From an uncultured Clostridia bacterium (GTDB lineage: Bacteria; Bacillota; Clostridia; TANB77; UBA1234), in assembly GCA_947164995.1 (NCBI GenBank), contig CAMUYU010000001.1:23164-87163 (forward strand): a stretch of 64,000 nt of DNA, in the 5' to 3' direction. Below, in pieces: positions 20,270-29,897 of this stretch. The notes below the pieces were generated by a model. It did not search any database. It was given only the letters and a program-made list of their open reading frames with translations, and was not told the DNA's origin. Position 1 is the stretch's first letter; each line of letters begins with the position of its first letter. The position numbers and the translations under genes were made by a program.

Positions 20270-22264
20270 TCAATCATCCGTAAGTTTTTGGGAATTTTCA
20301 TATTGACAAACGTAGTTGTTACCGTACATCATATCATACTCAAGCATTCTGTGTTCTTCCGCATATCTTTTACATTCTTTTGTAATTTCATCATAGATTT
20401 TTCCTTCGGCATCCACAAACAATCTATCGCGCAAAGCGCAATAATTTAATGTATCTAAAAACTTAAAATAGCTTGACTTTTTAATTCCAATGTAGTTTAG
20501 CAATTTGTTACCTAAAAACGTGGCACCTGTGATGTTGTTATGTTTTGTTTCTTTATTTAAATAATTATCATAAATAAAATATGGAACCTTGTGCATAGTA
20601 TATAAATCTTTAAGTGACCATTTAGAAGTTTCTTTAGTAGAAATCATTTTAGTTTCAAGATAAACATCAATTAGCGATGGTAAGTGATCTCCATAAAACA
20701 TTACTACTGTTGGTTTTCCCGACTCTTCCAAATAATCAATTAATCGTTTAAGTTGATAATCTGATTCATAAATTCCATTAACATATGCCATTAATTTATC
20801 TTCCGAAGAAGGTGTCAAATTTGATTTTTTTATTTTAATTTTATCAAACCCTTCAGTATAATTAGACGTTTGGTATGGTGTATGGTTTTGCATTGTAAGA
20901 GCCCAAATAAATAGAGGTTTGTCATCGTCTCTTTCTTTTTCTATTTGTGCTTTTATATTATCTACCAATGTACCATCTGATATATATTTTCCGTAGTAAG
21001 CAACTTCTTCTAAATCTTTAGATTCTAAAAATTCTTCAAAGTTTAACTTTTCATATGCTTGCTTTCTATTGTAAAAACTTCCATCGTAATTATGCATAGC
21101 TATAGTATGATATCCATTTTGTAAAAATACTTTTTGAATAGTTTCAAGATTAGATAAGTTTGAAGTTAAATCTGTGTATGGCACTATCCCATAAGGTAAA
21201 AACTCAGCAGTTTCACCAGTAAATGCTTCAAACTCAATCGTTGCAGTTCCACCGCCAAAAGTTGAAGAAATAAAAGTACCGCTTTCACAGTTTTTCAAAA
21301 AGTTTCTAACATTTGGAATAGGGTCATCAGAAAATTCAACATTTGGAATTTCTAAAGGATCAAAAAAAGATTCACTCATAATCATTATTACATTTGGTTT
21401 AACATCATTAGAGTGATCTTCTCTAATGGCATCTCCAAAAGCATCATAAACTATATTGGTATTACTATTATATTTTTTATTTGCTTCATCTAAAATTGCA
21501 AATATGCTCTCTTTTGAGTAATTAGATGGCTCTGAAACATTGTTCATTACAAAATTAGAATATAAACCAAGCCATGTTCCTTCTTGTTCATGTACAACAT
21601 TAGGTGAAAATCTTATTCCATAATTAACACCAAAATTAGATAATATTCCTCTGCTAGTTGCCGGAATAAATACCAAAATAAATAATGTTGCTAGAAATAA
21701 AGTTAAAAACACTGCTGTAGTTTTTCTACTAGTTTTAACTTGCTTTACAAACAAAAGATTAGTACTCATAACTATAAATAACGCAATCAAAATTATTTGT
21801 GTTGCAAACTGCTGACTAAATTCAACAAAATCTAAAAGGTTACCCACATTACCAACAAGTGCAATATCACTTAATAAAACAACTTCGCCTCGTATATCAA
21901 ATTTTAGTTTTGAAGCAATTGGCAAAATTACATATATAAATTGTGTTAAAAATGCAGAAATTGTTGGTTTATTAAATAACAACTGCCAAAAGAAATAAAT
22001 TGATACAATAAAAACATAATTAATTAAGCAAAGACCGGGGTTTTCTTGCATCCACAAACAGGCCGCTTCTGCTGTTTCTTTTTGAACTAATGTTGCAAAA
22101 AATATTAAAATAATTGGAAGCACAAAAATAAGGGCTAGGTTAATTAAAGCACCTATTTTTCTAGCCCTTTTTTCTTTTTTAATATCTTTCATACTTACAA
22201 GTCTTTTTTCACTTGTATTTGGTTTTATTTTTTTATATACTTTGACTTTCTTTTTCTTTTCCAT
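20270..22264 (-). CDS. LTA synthase family protein (LtaS-like polyglycerolphosphate transferase / membrane sulfatase)
   Basis: N-terminal multi-TM region plus an extracellular sulfatase/alkaline-phosphatase-like domain (IMSESFFDP..., ...QNHTPY...). Confidence 0.8.
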   Translation of the reverse strand: MEKKKKVKVYKKIKPNTSEKRLVSMKDIKKEKRARKIGALINLALIFVLPIILIFFATLVQKETAEAACLWMQENPGLCLINYVFIVSIYFFWQLLFNKPTISAFLTQFIYVILPIASKLKFDIRGEVVLLSDIALVGNVGNLLDFVEFSQQFATQIILIALFIVMSTNLLFVKQVKTSRKTTAVFLTLFLATLFILVFIPATSRGILSNFGVNYGIRFSPNVVHEQEGTWLGLYSNFVMNNVSEPSNYSKESIFAILDEANKKYNSNTNIVYDAFGDAIREDHSNDVKPNVIMIMSESFFDPLEIPNVEFSDDPIPNVRNFLKNCESGTFISSTFGGGTATIEFEAFTGETAEFLPYGIVPYTDLTSNLSNLETIQKVFLQNGYHTIAMHNYDGSFYNRKQAYEKLNFEEFLESKDLEEVAYYGKYISDGTLVDNIKAQIEKERDDDKPLFIWALTMQNHTPYQTSNYTEGFDKIKIKKSNLTPSSEDKLMAYVNGIYESDYQLKRLIDYLEESGKPTVVMFYGDHLPSLIDVYLETKMISTKETSKWSLKDLYTMHKVPYFIYDNYLNKETKHNNITGATFLGNKLLNYIGIKKSSYFKFLDTLNYCALRDRLFVDAEGKIYDEITKECKRYAEEHRMLEYDMMYGNNYVCQYENSQKLTDD

Positions 22265-22281
22265 TTGTGCTCCTAAAAGGA

Positions 22282-22923
22282 TTAATCATCATATCCATAT
22301 AAAGCTTGTAATAGTGATGATGTGGGTTTAGTTTGTTTTTTACAAGTCGGAGTAATGCTTCTAAAATAATTGTTAATAGTCTCTGCATATTGTTGTGTTC
22401 TAAATAATCTTCTAGAAGTAATTCTACCCCATTTATATTCACTATCTTTCATAAGATTAATAACTTGCAAAGTGTTGATGTTGCCAGTAGTTTTTAATTC
22501 GTTTTGAATTTCTGTTTTTAATTCATTATAAATACCTTCTGACTCTTTAGAAAAACATTCTACAACACTATTTTCTTCATCTTTCATATCGTAATTTCCA
22601 AAAGCAGACTTTCTCCACAAAGTAATAAATCTAACTCTTGCTACGAAATCTTTATCATCTTTAACGTATCCTGTATTTTTTTCTATTGCAATTAATCCAC
22701 CTTCTGGATTAACGCCAATTCTATAATTGTTATATGTTTCTTTAAGTCCCTCAAAGGAGTCATCAATTTGAAGTTCGTAATATTTGGAATTAACATTTTC
22801 TAACTCTTGTGTTAGCTCTTCATCTGGCTCATTTAAGCCTTTTGTTTTTTTAATGAATCTAGAATAAAAAGCTGTGAAAAAATCACGCGCTCTATTCTTT
22901 AAGCTCTTTTTTGCATATTCCAC
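22282..22923 (-). CDS. Hypothetical protein (213 aa, GTG start preceded by an AAAGGAG RBS)
   Basis: ORF with a good SD sequence, but no recognised motif. Confidence 0.5.
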   Translation of the reverse strand: MEYAKKSLKNRARDFFTAFYSRFIKKTKGLNEPDEELTQELENVNSKYYELQIDDSFEGLKETYNNYRIGVNPEGGLIAIEKNTGYVKDDKDFVARVRFITLWRKSAFGNYDMKDEENSVVECFSKESEGIYNELKTEIQNELKTTGNINTLQVINLMKDSEYKWGRITSRRLFRTQQYAETINNYFRSITPTCKKQTKPTSSLLQALYGYDD

Positions 22924-22953
22924 AACTTTTCACTCCTTTCATTATTAGAATAA

Positions 22954-22979
22954 TAAAGCCTCGATTTCTCGAGGCTTAT
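22954..22979 (-). terminator. Putative hairpin terminator downstream of csp
   Basis: Stem aagcctcga / tcgaggctt with a 4-nt loop, and a weak U-tract. Confidence 0.35.
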
Positions 22980-23001
22980 GGTTTACTTTATATAACAAAT
23001 C

Positions 23002-23217
23002 CTACACTGCCTCTGAAACAATTGGTGTAACATTAGCTGCTTGAGCACCTTTCATTCCTTCAACAATGTCGAATTGAACTTCAGTACCTTCTTGTAAAGT
23101 TTTGTAGCCATCCATTGCTATAGCTGAGAAATGAACAAATACATCTGTACCGCCTTCTCTTTCAATGAATCCAAAACCTTTTTCTGCATTAAACCATTTT
23201 ACTTTTCCTTTTTCCAT
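23002..23217 (-). CDS. csp: Cold-shock protein (CspA family)
   Basis: [19 protein letters not shown]1 motif and VFVHF RNP2 motif. I placed the start at the internal ATG, which has a GGAGG RBS. The track's longer N-terminus is probably spurious. Confidence 0.9.
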   Translation of the reverse strand: MEKGKVKWFNAEKGFGFIEREGGTDVFVHFSAIAMDGYKTLQEGTEVQFDIVEGMKGAQAANVTPIVSEAV

Positions 23218-23367
23218 ATTACTAAACCTCCATCTTTCTACTTTCTTTTGTACTATTAGCATTTCTCTTTTGTAGGAATAACTTATAATACAAGGTTAGA
23301 ATATCATAGTAATATTTATAATGTCAAACAAATACAAAATTTTTAACATAAGAGTAACAATTGAAGT

Positions 23368-25911
23368 TTACCCAGAAATTACCCTTTGTAACAATAGTTT
23401 TACGTCTATAATGTTAATGTTGCCATCGTTATTCATATCACTTGTTTCCATCTGCTCATCCGTATACGAATTACCACCAGAAATTACAGTTTGAAGTAAT
23501 AGTTTTACATCTATAATATTAATATTTCCATCATCATTAATGTCGCCTTTAGTGGCTCTTACATATGTATAAGTTCCTTCCCACTTATAAGATATTTCTA
23601 CGTTTTGGCTATTTACAGCTACAAAAGTAACATTATATGTACCTGATGGATAATTACATCTCTTAGCAAAGTCTTTTAAATCATAATATGGAACTCCTTG
23701 TGTGCGACCTCCACCTGTATAGAATGTCCAGTTGTAATCTACAGCTCCCTCAAACGGATCACAAGAAATGATGCCATCTTTTGAAATCTCTACACTTGTT
23801 AGTGCGGTTTTTTCAAACCAACCATAAGCAGCAGGACTCCTTTCTGATGTTTCACTTGTTGGTCTTCCTTGCGCTTTAGCATTAACTACAAATTGATAAA
23901 GTGTATCTTTTGCAAATCTTATATCTTGTGAAAAATCATAATAATTATTTTCTGTATTAAAAGAATATGACCAAGAATAAGAATTATTCTTATATACTCT
24001 CATATCATATTGTTCAGCAAATTCAACAGCATCCCATCTTGCTATCATTCCATCCCAACGAAGATTTGTTGGAGCATCAAGTTGTGGATATTCTGACGTA
24101 AAAGTATATGTACATTGAACCGGTCTAGATATTTTCTTTCCACTTGCATCTTTTGCATAAATTTTGAAAGTATATGTGCCATCTTTAAGACCATCATTAA
24201 TACAGTATTGTTTTAAATCATATGAGTCAACTGAACCATCTATATTTCCACCACTAGTATAAAAAGTGTACTCGTATTTATTTGCTCCTTCAAATTGATC
24301 CCAAGTAACAATTCCTGTTAAAGAATTACACATTATATTAGTAATAATTGGTAAATCTATATCTGCTGGAATATTGCTTTCTTTAAATACAACCCAATAT
24401 TGTATTCCACCGCATCTATCTGAAAGAACTTGCTCTGCAGTCCCCTCTTGATAAACTCTGTTTCCATATTCGTCTTCTTCAACAACTAAATAAACTTTTT
24501 CATTTGCCATTAAATAATCTGAAACAAGGTCATCTCCAAAAGAAGAATAACTTGGAACAAATGTAGCAAACATTGTGTCATCCATATATGCATTGTATAG
24601 TTCTATTTCTCCAATTTGAACTGAAACTGATGTATCGTACCCTGTGTAGAACAAATAGCTTCCAACTCCAAAATAACCACTTAAAAATTGTAAATTTGTC
24701 CCATTAACTGCATATACTAAAGTTTCTGAAATGCTCGAAACAATCGCTTTTTCAAATATCAATCCCATATTATTAAGTTCTTTTTTATTATTGACATTAA
24801 ATAGGCTATTTGCGTCTTCCGCATAATCAGCATGAATTACACCCATTTTCTCTTTACTAGATGTGCTAGTATCTGTTACTTTAAAAGCATTGTTAGTCCA
24901 ATAATAAATTTGAAATCTTTCATTGTTAACGATATCTATATCATTGCCATTTAAATCAAGGGTTTTATCCTTTTCATTAATATTTACAATTAGGTCTTCT
25001 TCAGAATCTATAACAATTGTTCCGTTTAAACGAATAGTAGTAACTTCAGGGGTTTTAAGTGCTGAAATTAATTCGTTATAGCTTGAAACAGAAACTACTG
25101 AGTTTGTGTTTAATCTCTTGATACTTACTATATCAAAATCTCTATCTCTCTCTAACAAGTAAATATCATTTAAAGTAGCATTAGAATCATAAATTTGTTT
25201 AATACAACCTAGTGGTCCTTCAAAATAAACGCTTTGTCCAGCTAATGAATCGCTTATTAAAGGTGCAGTTGAAGCCCCACACAATTCAAAAAAGCACCTG
25301 TATCCGTTTTTATTATATGTAAAATTCCAAATTTCAGCATTAACAAATCCACTCATAAATATGCGTTGGCTTCCTGCACATCCTATATTAGTAATGTTGG
25401 TATTATAAATATTAAGATTTGCATTTGTAAGAGCGCTACCACTAATCAAAATTCCAGAATGTTTTGTTTTAATATTAATATCATGTATAACGAAAGTATT
25501 GTTTGTACAACCTTCAAAAGCATGAAAACAAAAAGGCACTTGTGTACTATTATTAATAAATTCTCCGGTTGAATTTCTAGAATTTGTAATAGTGAATGTG
25601 CGATTTGACTGCTTAAATCTAATATAAAAACCATATTCGCCACCTAAATCTTTAGTAATATTTAGATTAAAACCATTTAAATCAACAGTACGGCTCATAT
25701 TATCAATATCAAAATAATACGAATTATTGTAATCTGCATTGGTTATAGTAATATCACTTTCAAGTTTTATCGTTGAAATAGTAGCATCCATACAAGCAGT
25801 TTTAAATTCCTCCAAAGTTTCAACTTCGGCATCTTTTGCAAATGCTGATGGCATAATCATAAAAGTTGCAATAATAGTTACAATTAATAAATAAAGACTT
25901 TTGCTTTTCAT
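23368..25911 (-). CDS. Secreted dockerin-type-I-containing protein (signal peptide, beta-helix-like region, three roughly 90-aa Ig/Fn3-like repeats, C-terminal dockerin)
   Basis: Signal peptide MKSKSLYLLIVTIIATFMIMPSAFA, and three W..FEGA..Y...FYT.GG repeats. The C-terminus has two Ca-binding dockerin segments, DINDDGNINIIDVKLLLQ and DMNNDGNINIIDVKLLLQ. Confidence 0.8.
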   Translation of the reverse strand: MKSKSLYLLIVTIIATFMIMPSAFAKDAEVETLEEFKTACMDATISTIKLESDITITNADYNNSYYFDIDNMSRTVDLNGFNLNITKDLGGEYGFYIRFKQSNRTFTITNSRNSTGEFINNSTQVPFCFHAFEGCTNNTFVIHDINIKTKHSGILISGSALTNANLNIYNTNITNIGCAGSQRIFMSGFVNAEIWNFTYNKNGYRCFFELCGASTAPLISDSLAGQSVYFEGPLGCIKQIYDSNATLNDIYLLERDRDFDIVSIKRLNTNSVVSVSSYNELISALKTPEVTTIRLNGTIVIDSEEDLIVNINEKDKTLDLNGNDIDIVNNERFQIYYWTNNAFKVTDTSTSSKEKMGVIHADYAEDANSLFNVNNKKELNNMGLIFEKAIVSSISETLVYAVNGTNLQFLSGYFGVGSYLFYTGYDTSVSVQIGEIELYNAYMDDTMFATFVPSYSSFGDDLVSDYLMANEKVYLVVEEDEYGNRVYQEGTAEQVLSDRCGGIQYWVVFKESNIPADIDLPIITNIMCNSLTGIVTWDQFEGANKYEYTFYTSGGNIDGSVDSYDLKQYCINDGLKDGTYTFKIYAKDASGKKISRPVQCTYTFTSEYPQLDAPTNLRWDGMIARWDAVEFAEQYDMRVYKNNSYSWSYSFNTENNYYDFSQDIRFAKDTLYQFVVNAKAQGRPTSETSERSPAAYGWFEKTALTSVEISKDGIISCDPFEGAVDYNWTFYTGGGRTQGVPYYDLKDFAKRCNYPSGTYNVTFVAVNSQNVEISYKWEGTYTYVRATKGDINDDGNINIIDVKLLLQTVISGGNSYTDEQMETSDMNNDGNINIIDVKLLLQRVISG

Positions 25912-25984
25912 ATTAATCCTCCTTAATTTCTACACTTTCTTCTAAAAAAAATATATCATAATGAAAATTAAAAAACAAATAATA

Positions 25985-26020
25985 TAAAAAACAAAAAAGC
26001 TTGTGAAAAATCACAAGCTT
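25985..26020 (-). terminator. Rho-independent terminator following tRNA-Gly
   Basis: Perfect 10-bp stem aagcttgtga / tcacaagctt with a 4-nt loop, followed by a long U-run on the minus strand. Confidence 0.8.
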
Positions 26021-26028
26021 TAAATTTA

Positions 26029-26104
26029 TGGAGCGGGAAACGGGGCTCAAACCCGCGACCTTCGCCTTGGCAAGGCGACGCTCTATCAACTGAGCTATTC
26101 CCGC
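26029..26104 (-). tRNA. tRNA-Gly (anticodon GCC)
   Basis: Reverse complement gcgggaatagctcagttgatagagcg...ttGCCaa...ggtcgcgggtttgagccccgtttcccgctcca: a cloverleaf with a 7-bp acceptor stem, a T-loop TTTGAGC and an encoded CCA. Confidence 0.9.
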
Positions 26105-26162
26105 GTGGACAAGGTATATAATAAAGGATTTTCCCCCCTATGTCAATACCTTTTCTCACAAA

Positions 26163-26654
26163 TTATATATTAAATTCGCTCATAGCAAATCTTCTAATGT
26201 TCTTAACTCTATTATATGTACCGGCAATTGAAGAGTCTCCAACACTATAAGCAGCACCTTTTATAACAACTTGTCTTCCGCCATTAGTGAAAGTACTTAC
26301 TAAATTAGCTCCTTCATTGTTTTGGAAAGAAGCTGAGCCATTACTATCTACCACAAGTGAGTCTACTCTAAGTACTACTGATTTGATACCTACTTTTTTA
26401 ACAAAGTAAATTCTATATGTGCCATCTAAGTTCTTTCCAACCATACAGTAAGTTGGCGTATTTTTGACCATATTTTGGTAAATTCCATTAAATTCAGAGT
26501 CAGCAACCTCATAAGAGAATGAATCTTCTTTAACGTCAAAATCCATCTTTATAGCTTCCCAATCCATTGTGTCAGTGCCTCTTGTATTAAAAACTACAAT
26601 AGCCGCCAAAACGACAAGTAAAAAGACAGCCACCGTTATTAAAATATCTTTCAT
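26163..26654 (-). CDS. Hypothetical membrane-anchored protein (163 aa from MKDIL...)
   Basis: GGAGGG RBS before the internal ATG, and an N-terminal TM anchor ILITVAVFLLVVLAAIVVF. No recognised domain. Confidence 0.5.
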   Translation of the reverse strand: MKDILITVAVFLLVVLAAIVVFNTRGTDTMDWEAIKMDFDVKEDSFSYEVADSEFNGIYQNMVKNTPTYCMVGKNLDGTYRIYFVKKVGIKSVVLRVDSLVVDSNGSASFQNNEGANLVSTFTNGGRQVVIKGAAYSVGDSSIAGTYNRVKNIRRFAMSEFNI

Positions 26655-26826
26655 ACGTAAATTCCCTCCGTTTTCTTTCGTAAGCAATTTTTACCTATTA
26701 AGTGTGCCTATAACACACCTAATTGGATTATATCATAACTTTAATCCTTTCAAACAAATTTTACAAATTTGTAATCATATAGTAATAGTATTTGTTATAT
26801 AATAACTTTTGGATAGGAGGATTATT

Positions 26827-27558
26827 ATGCTTGAATTAATAAATGTAACAAAACAATTTGAAAAAACTGTAGCTGTAAATAACGTATCTTTTAAGGTTGA
26901 AAACGGCAAGGTTCTTGGAATTGTTGGAAGAAATGGTGCTGGAAAATCTACCATTTTTAGGATGATTTTAGGCTTAATAGAGCCAAATTCTGGAGAAATA
27001 CTATTTGACGGCAAAAAAATAGACTCAAAAACTCTAGATTCATTTGGATTTTTACCAGAAGAGGGAAGTTTACTTCCACAACATACAATCTTAGACATTT
27101 GTGAATACTATGCATCATTAAAACTTCTTCCAAAGGAAGTTACTCTTGAAAGACTTAAAAGTATGCTAAAGGAATTTCATATAGAAAGTTATTTAAATAT
27201 GAAGGCCAAAGCACTTTCAAAAGGAAATCGTCAAAAAATACAATTCATAATTTCAATTCTTCACAATCCAGATTTTATAATACTAGATGAACCTTTTTCA
27301 GGACTTGATCCTGTAAGTGTGGAAGAGCTTGAAAAACAAATATTAAAATTAAAAGAACAAGGAAAAACAATAATTTTTTCTTCACATATAATGAGTCATG
27401 TAGAAAACATTTGCGATGATGTACTACTACTAAATCATGGTGAAGCTTTACTTTATGGCAATTTAAAAGAAATAAAATCTAAATACATGATAAATGGTGA
27501 ACCAGCAAAGTCATTTAATGACATCTTTATAGACAAGGTAGGTGAAGAAAATGAATAA
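26827..27558 (+). CDS. ABC transporter ATP-binding protein (ABC-2/BcrA-like)
   Basis: Start at MLELINV with a GGAGG RBS. Walker A GRNGAGKST, signature LSKGNRQKIQF and Walker B IILDEPFSGLD. Confidence 0.85.
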   Translation: MLELINVTKQFEKTVAVNNVSFKVENGKVLGIVGRNGAGKSTIFRMILGLIEPNSGEILFDGKKIDSKTLDSFGFLPEEGSLLPQHTILDICEYYASLKLLPKEVTLERLKSMLKEFHIESYLNMKAKALSKGNRQKIQFIISILHNPDFIILDEPFSGLDPVSVEELEKQILKLKEQGKTIIFSSHIMSHVENICDDVLLLNHGEALLYGNLKEIKSKYMINGEPAKSFNDIFIDKVGEENE

Positions 27559-29821
27559 ACAAAAAATAAAAGAAATAATAAATTTCTCTTGTTTAAGCTA
27601 CTTTAAAAGCAAAGCATTTATCATTTTCAACATCATTACTTTAATATGTATTCTACTTTCAACTAATTGGGGCACGCTTTCAAAAAAGCTAAATATAGAT
27701 TTTGATGATGACTACTATGAATTACAAATTTTAACAAATAGCGATGAATTCTATAACAAATTAGCGACTGCATTTGCAGATAACGAAAGATTAGATGTAA
27801 AACAAATTAGCGAAAACACTTATACAGCTGAAACAATTGAAGATAAATTGCTAATTCTAGAATTATACACCAATCCAGAAACCGCATTTGACGCAAAACT
27901 TGTTTCTAAAGATGCAATCCCTACATTTATATATGAATATATAGCAGATGAACTAGCATCAATTCGAGAATCATTTATATTATCGAAATATGATTTGTCT
28001 GAAACAGAACTTGCATTTATGCAATCAGATATAGAAATAGAAAGAGTTATGCTAGCTGTTGACTCCGAAAATTTTGAAGAAAAAGAAATTTTAAAAACTA
28101 CGGCTTCATTTATTAGTTATATGGCAATAATAATATTATTTTCAAAAATAGCTAGCGAAATAGCACAAGAAAAACAATCAAAATCTTCTGAATATATACT
28201 AACTACAGTATCTAGCAAAGAGTACTTATTTGCAAAAGTAGTCGGAAATTCACTATTTGCACTTGCACAATTAATGCTATTCTTCGCATATACAATTATA
28301 TCTTTGTCATTCTTAAGTTTATTAAATATGGGCACTGTTGCAGTTCCAGAAGCTTCTATTGAAAATAGTGATGCTTTATTTTCATCAATTAGTTTTACAA
28401 ATGACATCTTGCCATTTGTAGGAACATTAATAATATTCAATCTATTGAGCATAGCATTTTTATCAATAATTCAAGCAACATTGGCTTCAAAATCAAATTC
28501 AGTAGCAGAATCAAGTAGCACTATGTCTATCATACTTACACTAACAATAGCCTGCTACATTGCATCATTGGCACTAATAAACCCTTACAATACAATAAGT
28601 TTACCGCTTCATATTTTATCGATATTACCGGTAGTTTCAGCATATTTCTTGCCAGGCATCATGATAATAGGGCAATCAAGTGCATTAGAAATCATCTTAG
28701 CTTTAATAATAAATATAGCAGCCATTCCAATAGCATTTAACTTGTGTCATGAAAGATTTAAAAACGGATTGTTAGATTATACAAAGAGAAAAGTTATAGA
28801 AAAGAAAGAACTTTCACTAGAAGAAAAACAAACAATATTTGTAAATAAAAGAACATATTCTTCACTTGGAATGATAATTGGCCTTTCTGTGTTAACCTAT
28901 GTTTCAATCATCCTTGTACTTTCAGTTATATTGCCACCAGTATTTAACTCTTTAATTGCAAACGATAATATTGCAATGTTAACTGTTCAAATGCTTTCTC
29001 AAATAATTAGTTTAAGTGTGGCATATTTAGTGGCAAAATCATTTACATCAAATTCAAAACCGGAAGAAACTGAAGAAGATACAAGGGCTTTCAAGCCAAG
29101 CTTTATACAAATAGTACTAATAGTGTTTAGTGTAGTATTTATGTTTAATTTACTTATAAGCGATGTAATATATCCAAAACTAGGCTTAGATTATAACGTA
29201 ATAGAAGTATTTGATCTTACATCTTCTTCTCCTATTTTTGAAAAGATAATATACATAATAGCACTTGCCGTAATTCCAGGAATATTTGAAGAATTATTCT
29301 TTAGAAAAGCATTAATAGACCTACTTAAAAAATATGGTGCAACATTTGCAATCGTCATGTCCGCTTTAATATTTGGTTTTGCTCATATGAATGCACCACA
29401 AATAATAGTAGCATTTTTAATGGGATTAATATTTGGAAAAATATACCTAAAAACAAAAGACATAAAAATTACAATGCTAGTTCATATAATGAACAATTTT
29501 ATGGCAGGAGTTGGGCTAATACTTCCGACAAATGAGTTTGCACCAACCGTTTTTGGAATTACTTCAAAAGCTGAATTAATATATATGATAGTTTTAGGAC
29601 TTATATTAATAGTAGGAATTATTAATTTAATAAGATATTTTGTATCAAATAAAATATTTGAAAATATTAAAAATAGCCTTAAAAAAGAAGATAACAAACC
29701 AAATGCATTTAAAGAAAAATATAAGTATTTATTCTTTGATTTAACATTTGATGTAGCACTGATTTTATTAGTAGTAATAAGCATAGTAACAGATATAACT
29801 TTAAAGAATATGTTGAAATAA
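27542..29821 (+). CDS. Fusion protein: ABC-2-type permease (N-terminal roughly 400 aa) fused to a CPBP/CAAX-family intramembrane metalloprotease (Abi) domain
   Basis: It overlaps the ATPase stop, which suggests translational coupling. The N-terminal half is multi-TM. The C-terminal half carries CPBP motifs 1-3: EELFFRKAL (EExxxR), FGFAHM (FxxxH) and HIMNNF (HxxxN). Confidence 0.75.
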   Translation: MKKMNKQKIKEIINFSCLSYFKSKAFIIFNIITLICILLSTNWGTLSKKLNIDFDDDYYELQILTNSDEFYNKLATAFADNERLDVKQISENTYTAETIEDKLLILELYTNPETAFDAKLVSKDAIPTFIYEYIADELASIRESFILSKYDLSETELAFMQSDIEIERVMLAVDSENFEEKEILKTTASFISYMAIIILFSKIASEIAQEKQSKSSEYILTTVSSKEYLFAKVVGNSLFALAQLMLFFAYTIISLSFLSLLNMGTVAVPEASIENSDALFSSISFTNDILPFVGTLIIFNLLSIAFLSIIQATLASKSNSVAESSSTMSIILTLTIACYIASLALINPYNTISLPLHILSILPVVSAYFLPGIMIIGQSSALEIILALIINIAAIPIAFNLCHERFKNGLLDYTKRKVIEKKELSLEEKQTIFVNKRTYSSLGMIIGLSVLTYVSIILVLSVILPPVFNSLIANDNIAMLTVQMLSQIISLSVAYLVAKSFTSNSKPEETEEDTRAFKPSFIQIVLIVFSVVFMFNLLISDVIYPKLGLDYNVIEVFDLTSSSPIFEKIIYIIALAVIPGIFEELFFRKALIDLLKKYGATFAIVMSALIFGFAHMNAPQIIVAFLMGLIFGKIYLKTKDIKITMLVHIMNNFMAGVGLILPTNEFAPTVFGITSKAELIYMIVLGLILIVGIINLIRYFVSNKIFENIKNSLKKEDNKPNAFKEKYKYLFFDLTFDVALILLVVISIVTDITLKNMLK

Positions 29822-29828
29822 AAATCAC

Positions 29829-29872
29829 AACGAACAACCCCACAGGAATAATCCTGTGGGGTTCGTTATTAT
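29829..29872. terminator. Bidirectional terminator between the ABC/CPBP gene and the convergent giant gene
   Basis: GC-rich stem ccccacagg / cctgtgggg extended by cgaac / gttcg, flanked by A- and T-rich tracts. Confidence 0.65.
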
Positions 29873-29897
29873 GTATTGAATTAATATTTAATACATT

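Noticed and set aside
22233-22442. 69-aa minus-strand ORF overlapping the LtaS start and the hypothetical gene end.
   Set aside because: It overlaps two better-supported genes, and I see no RBS for it.
23218-23262. Extended N-terminus of the cold-shock protein ORF ([15 protein letters not shown]...).
   Set aside because: The internal ATG has a GGAGG RBS and yields the canonical roughly 70-aa Csp. The extension has no homology.
25968-26159. Minus-strand ORF of 63 aa overlapping tRNA-Gly.
   Set aside because: Its sequence is fully explained by the tRNA and its terminator.
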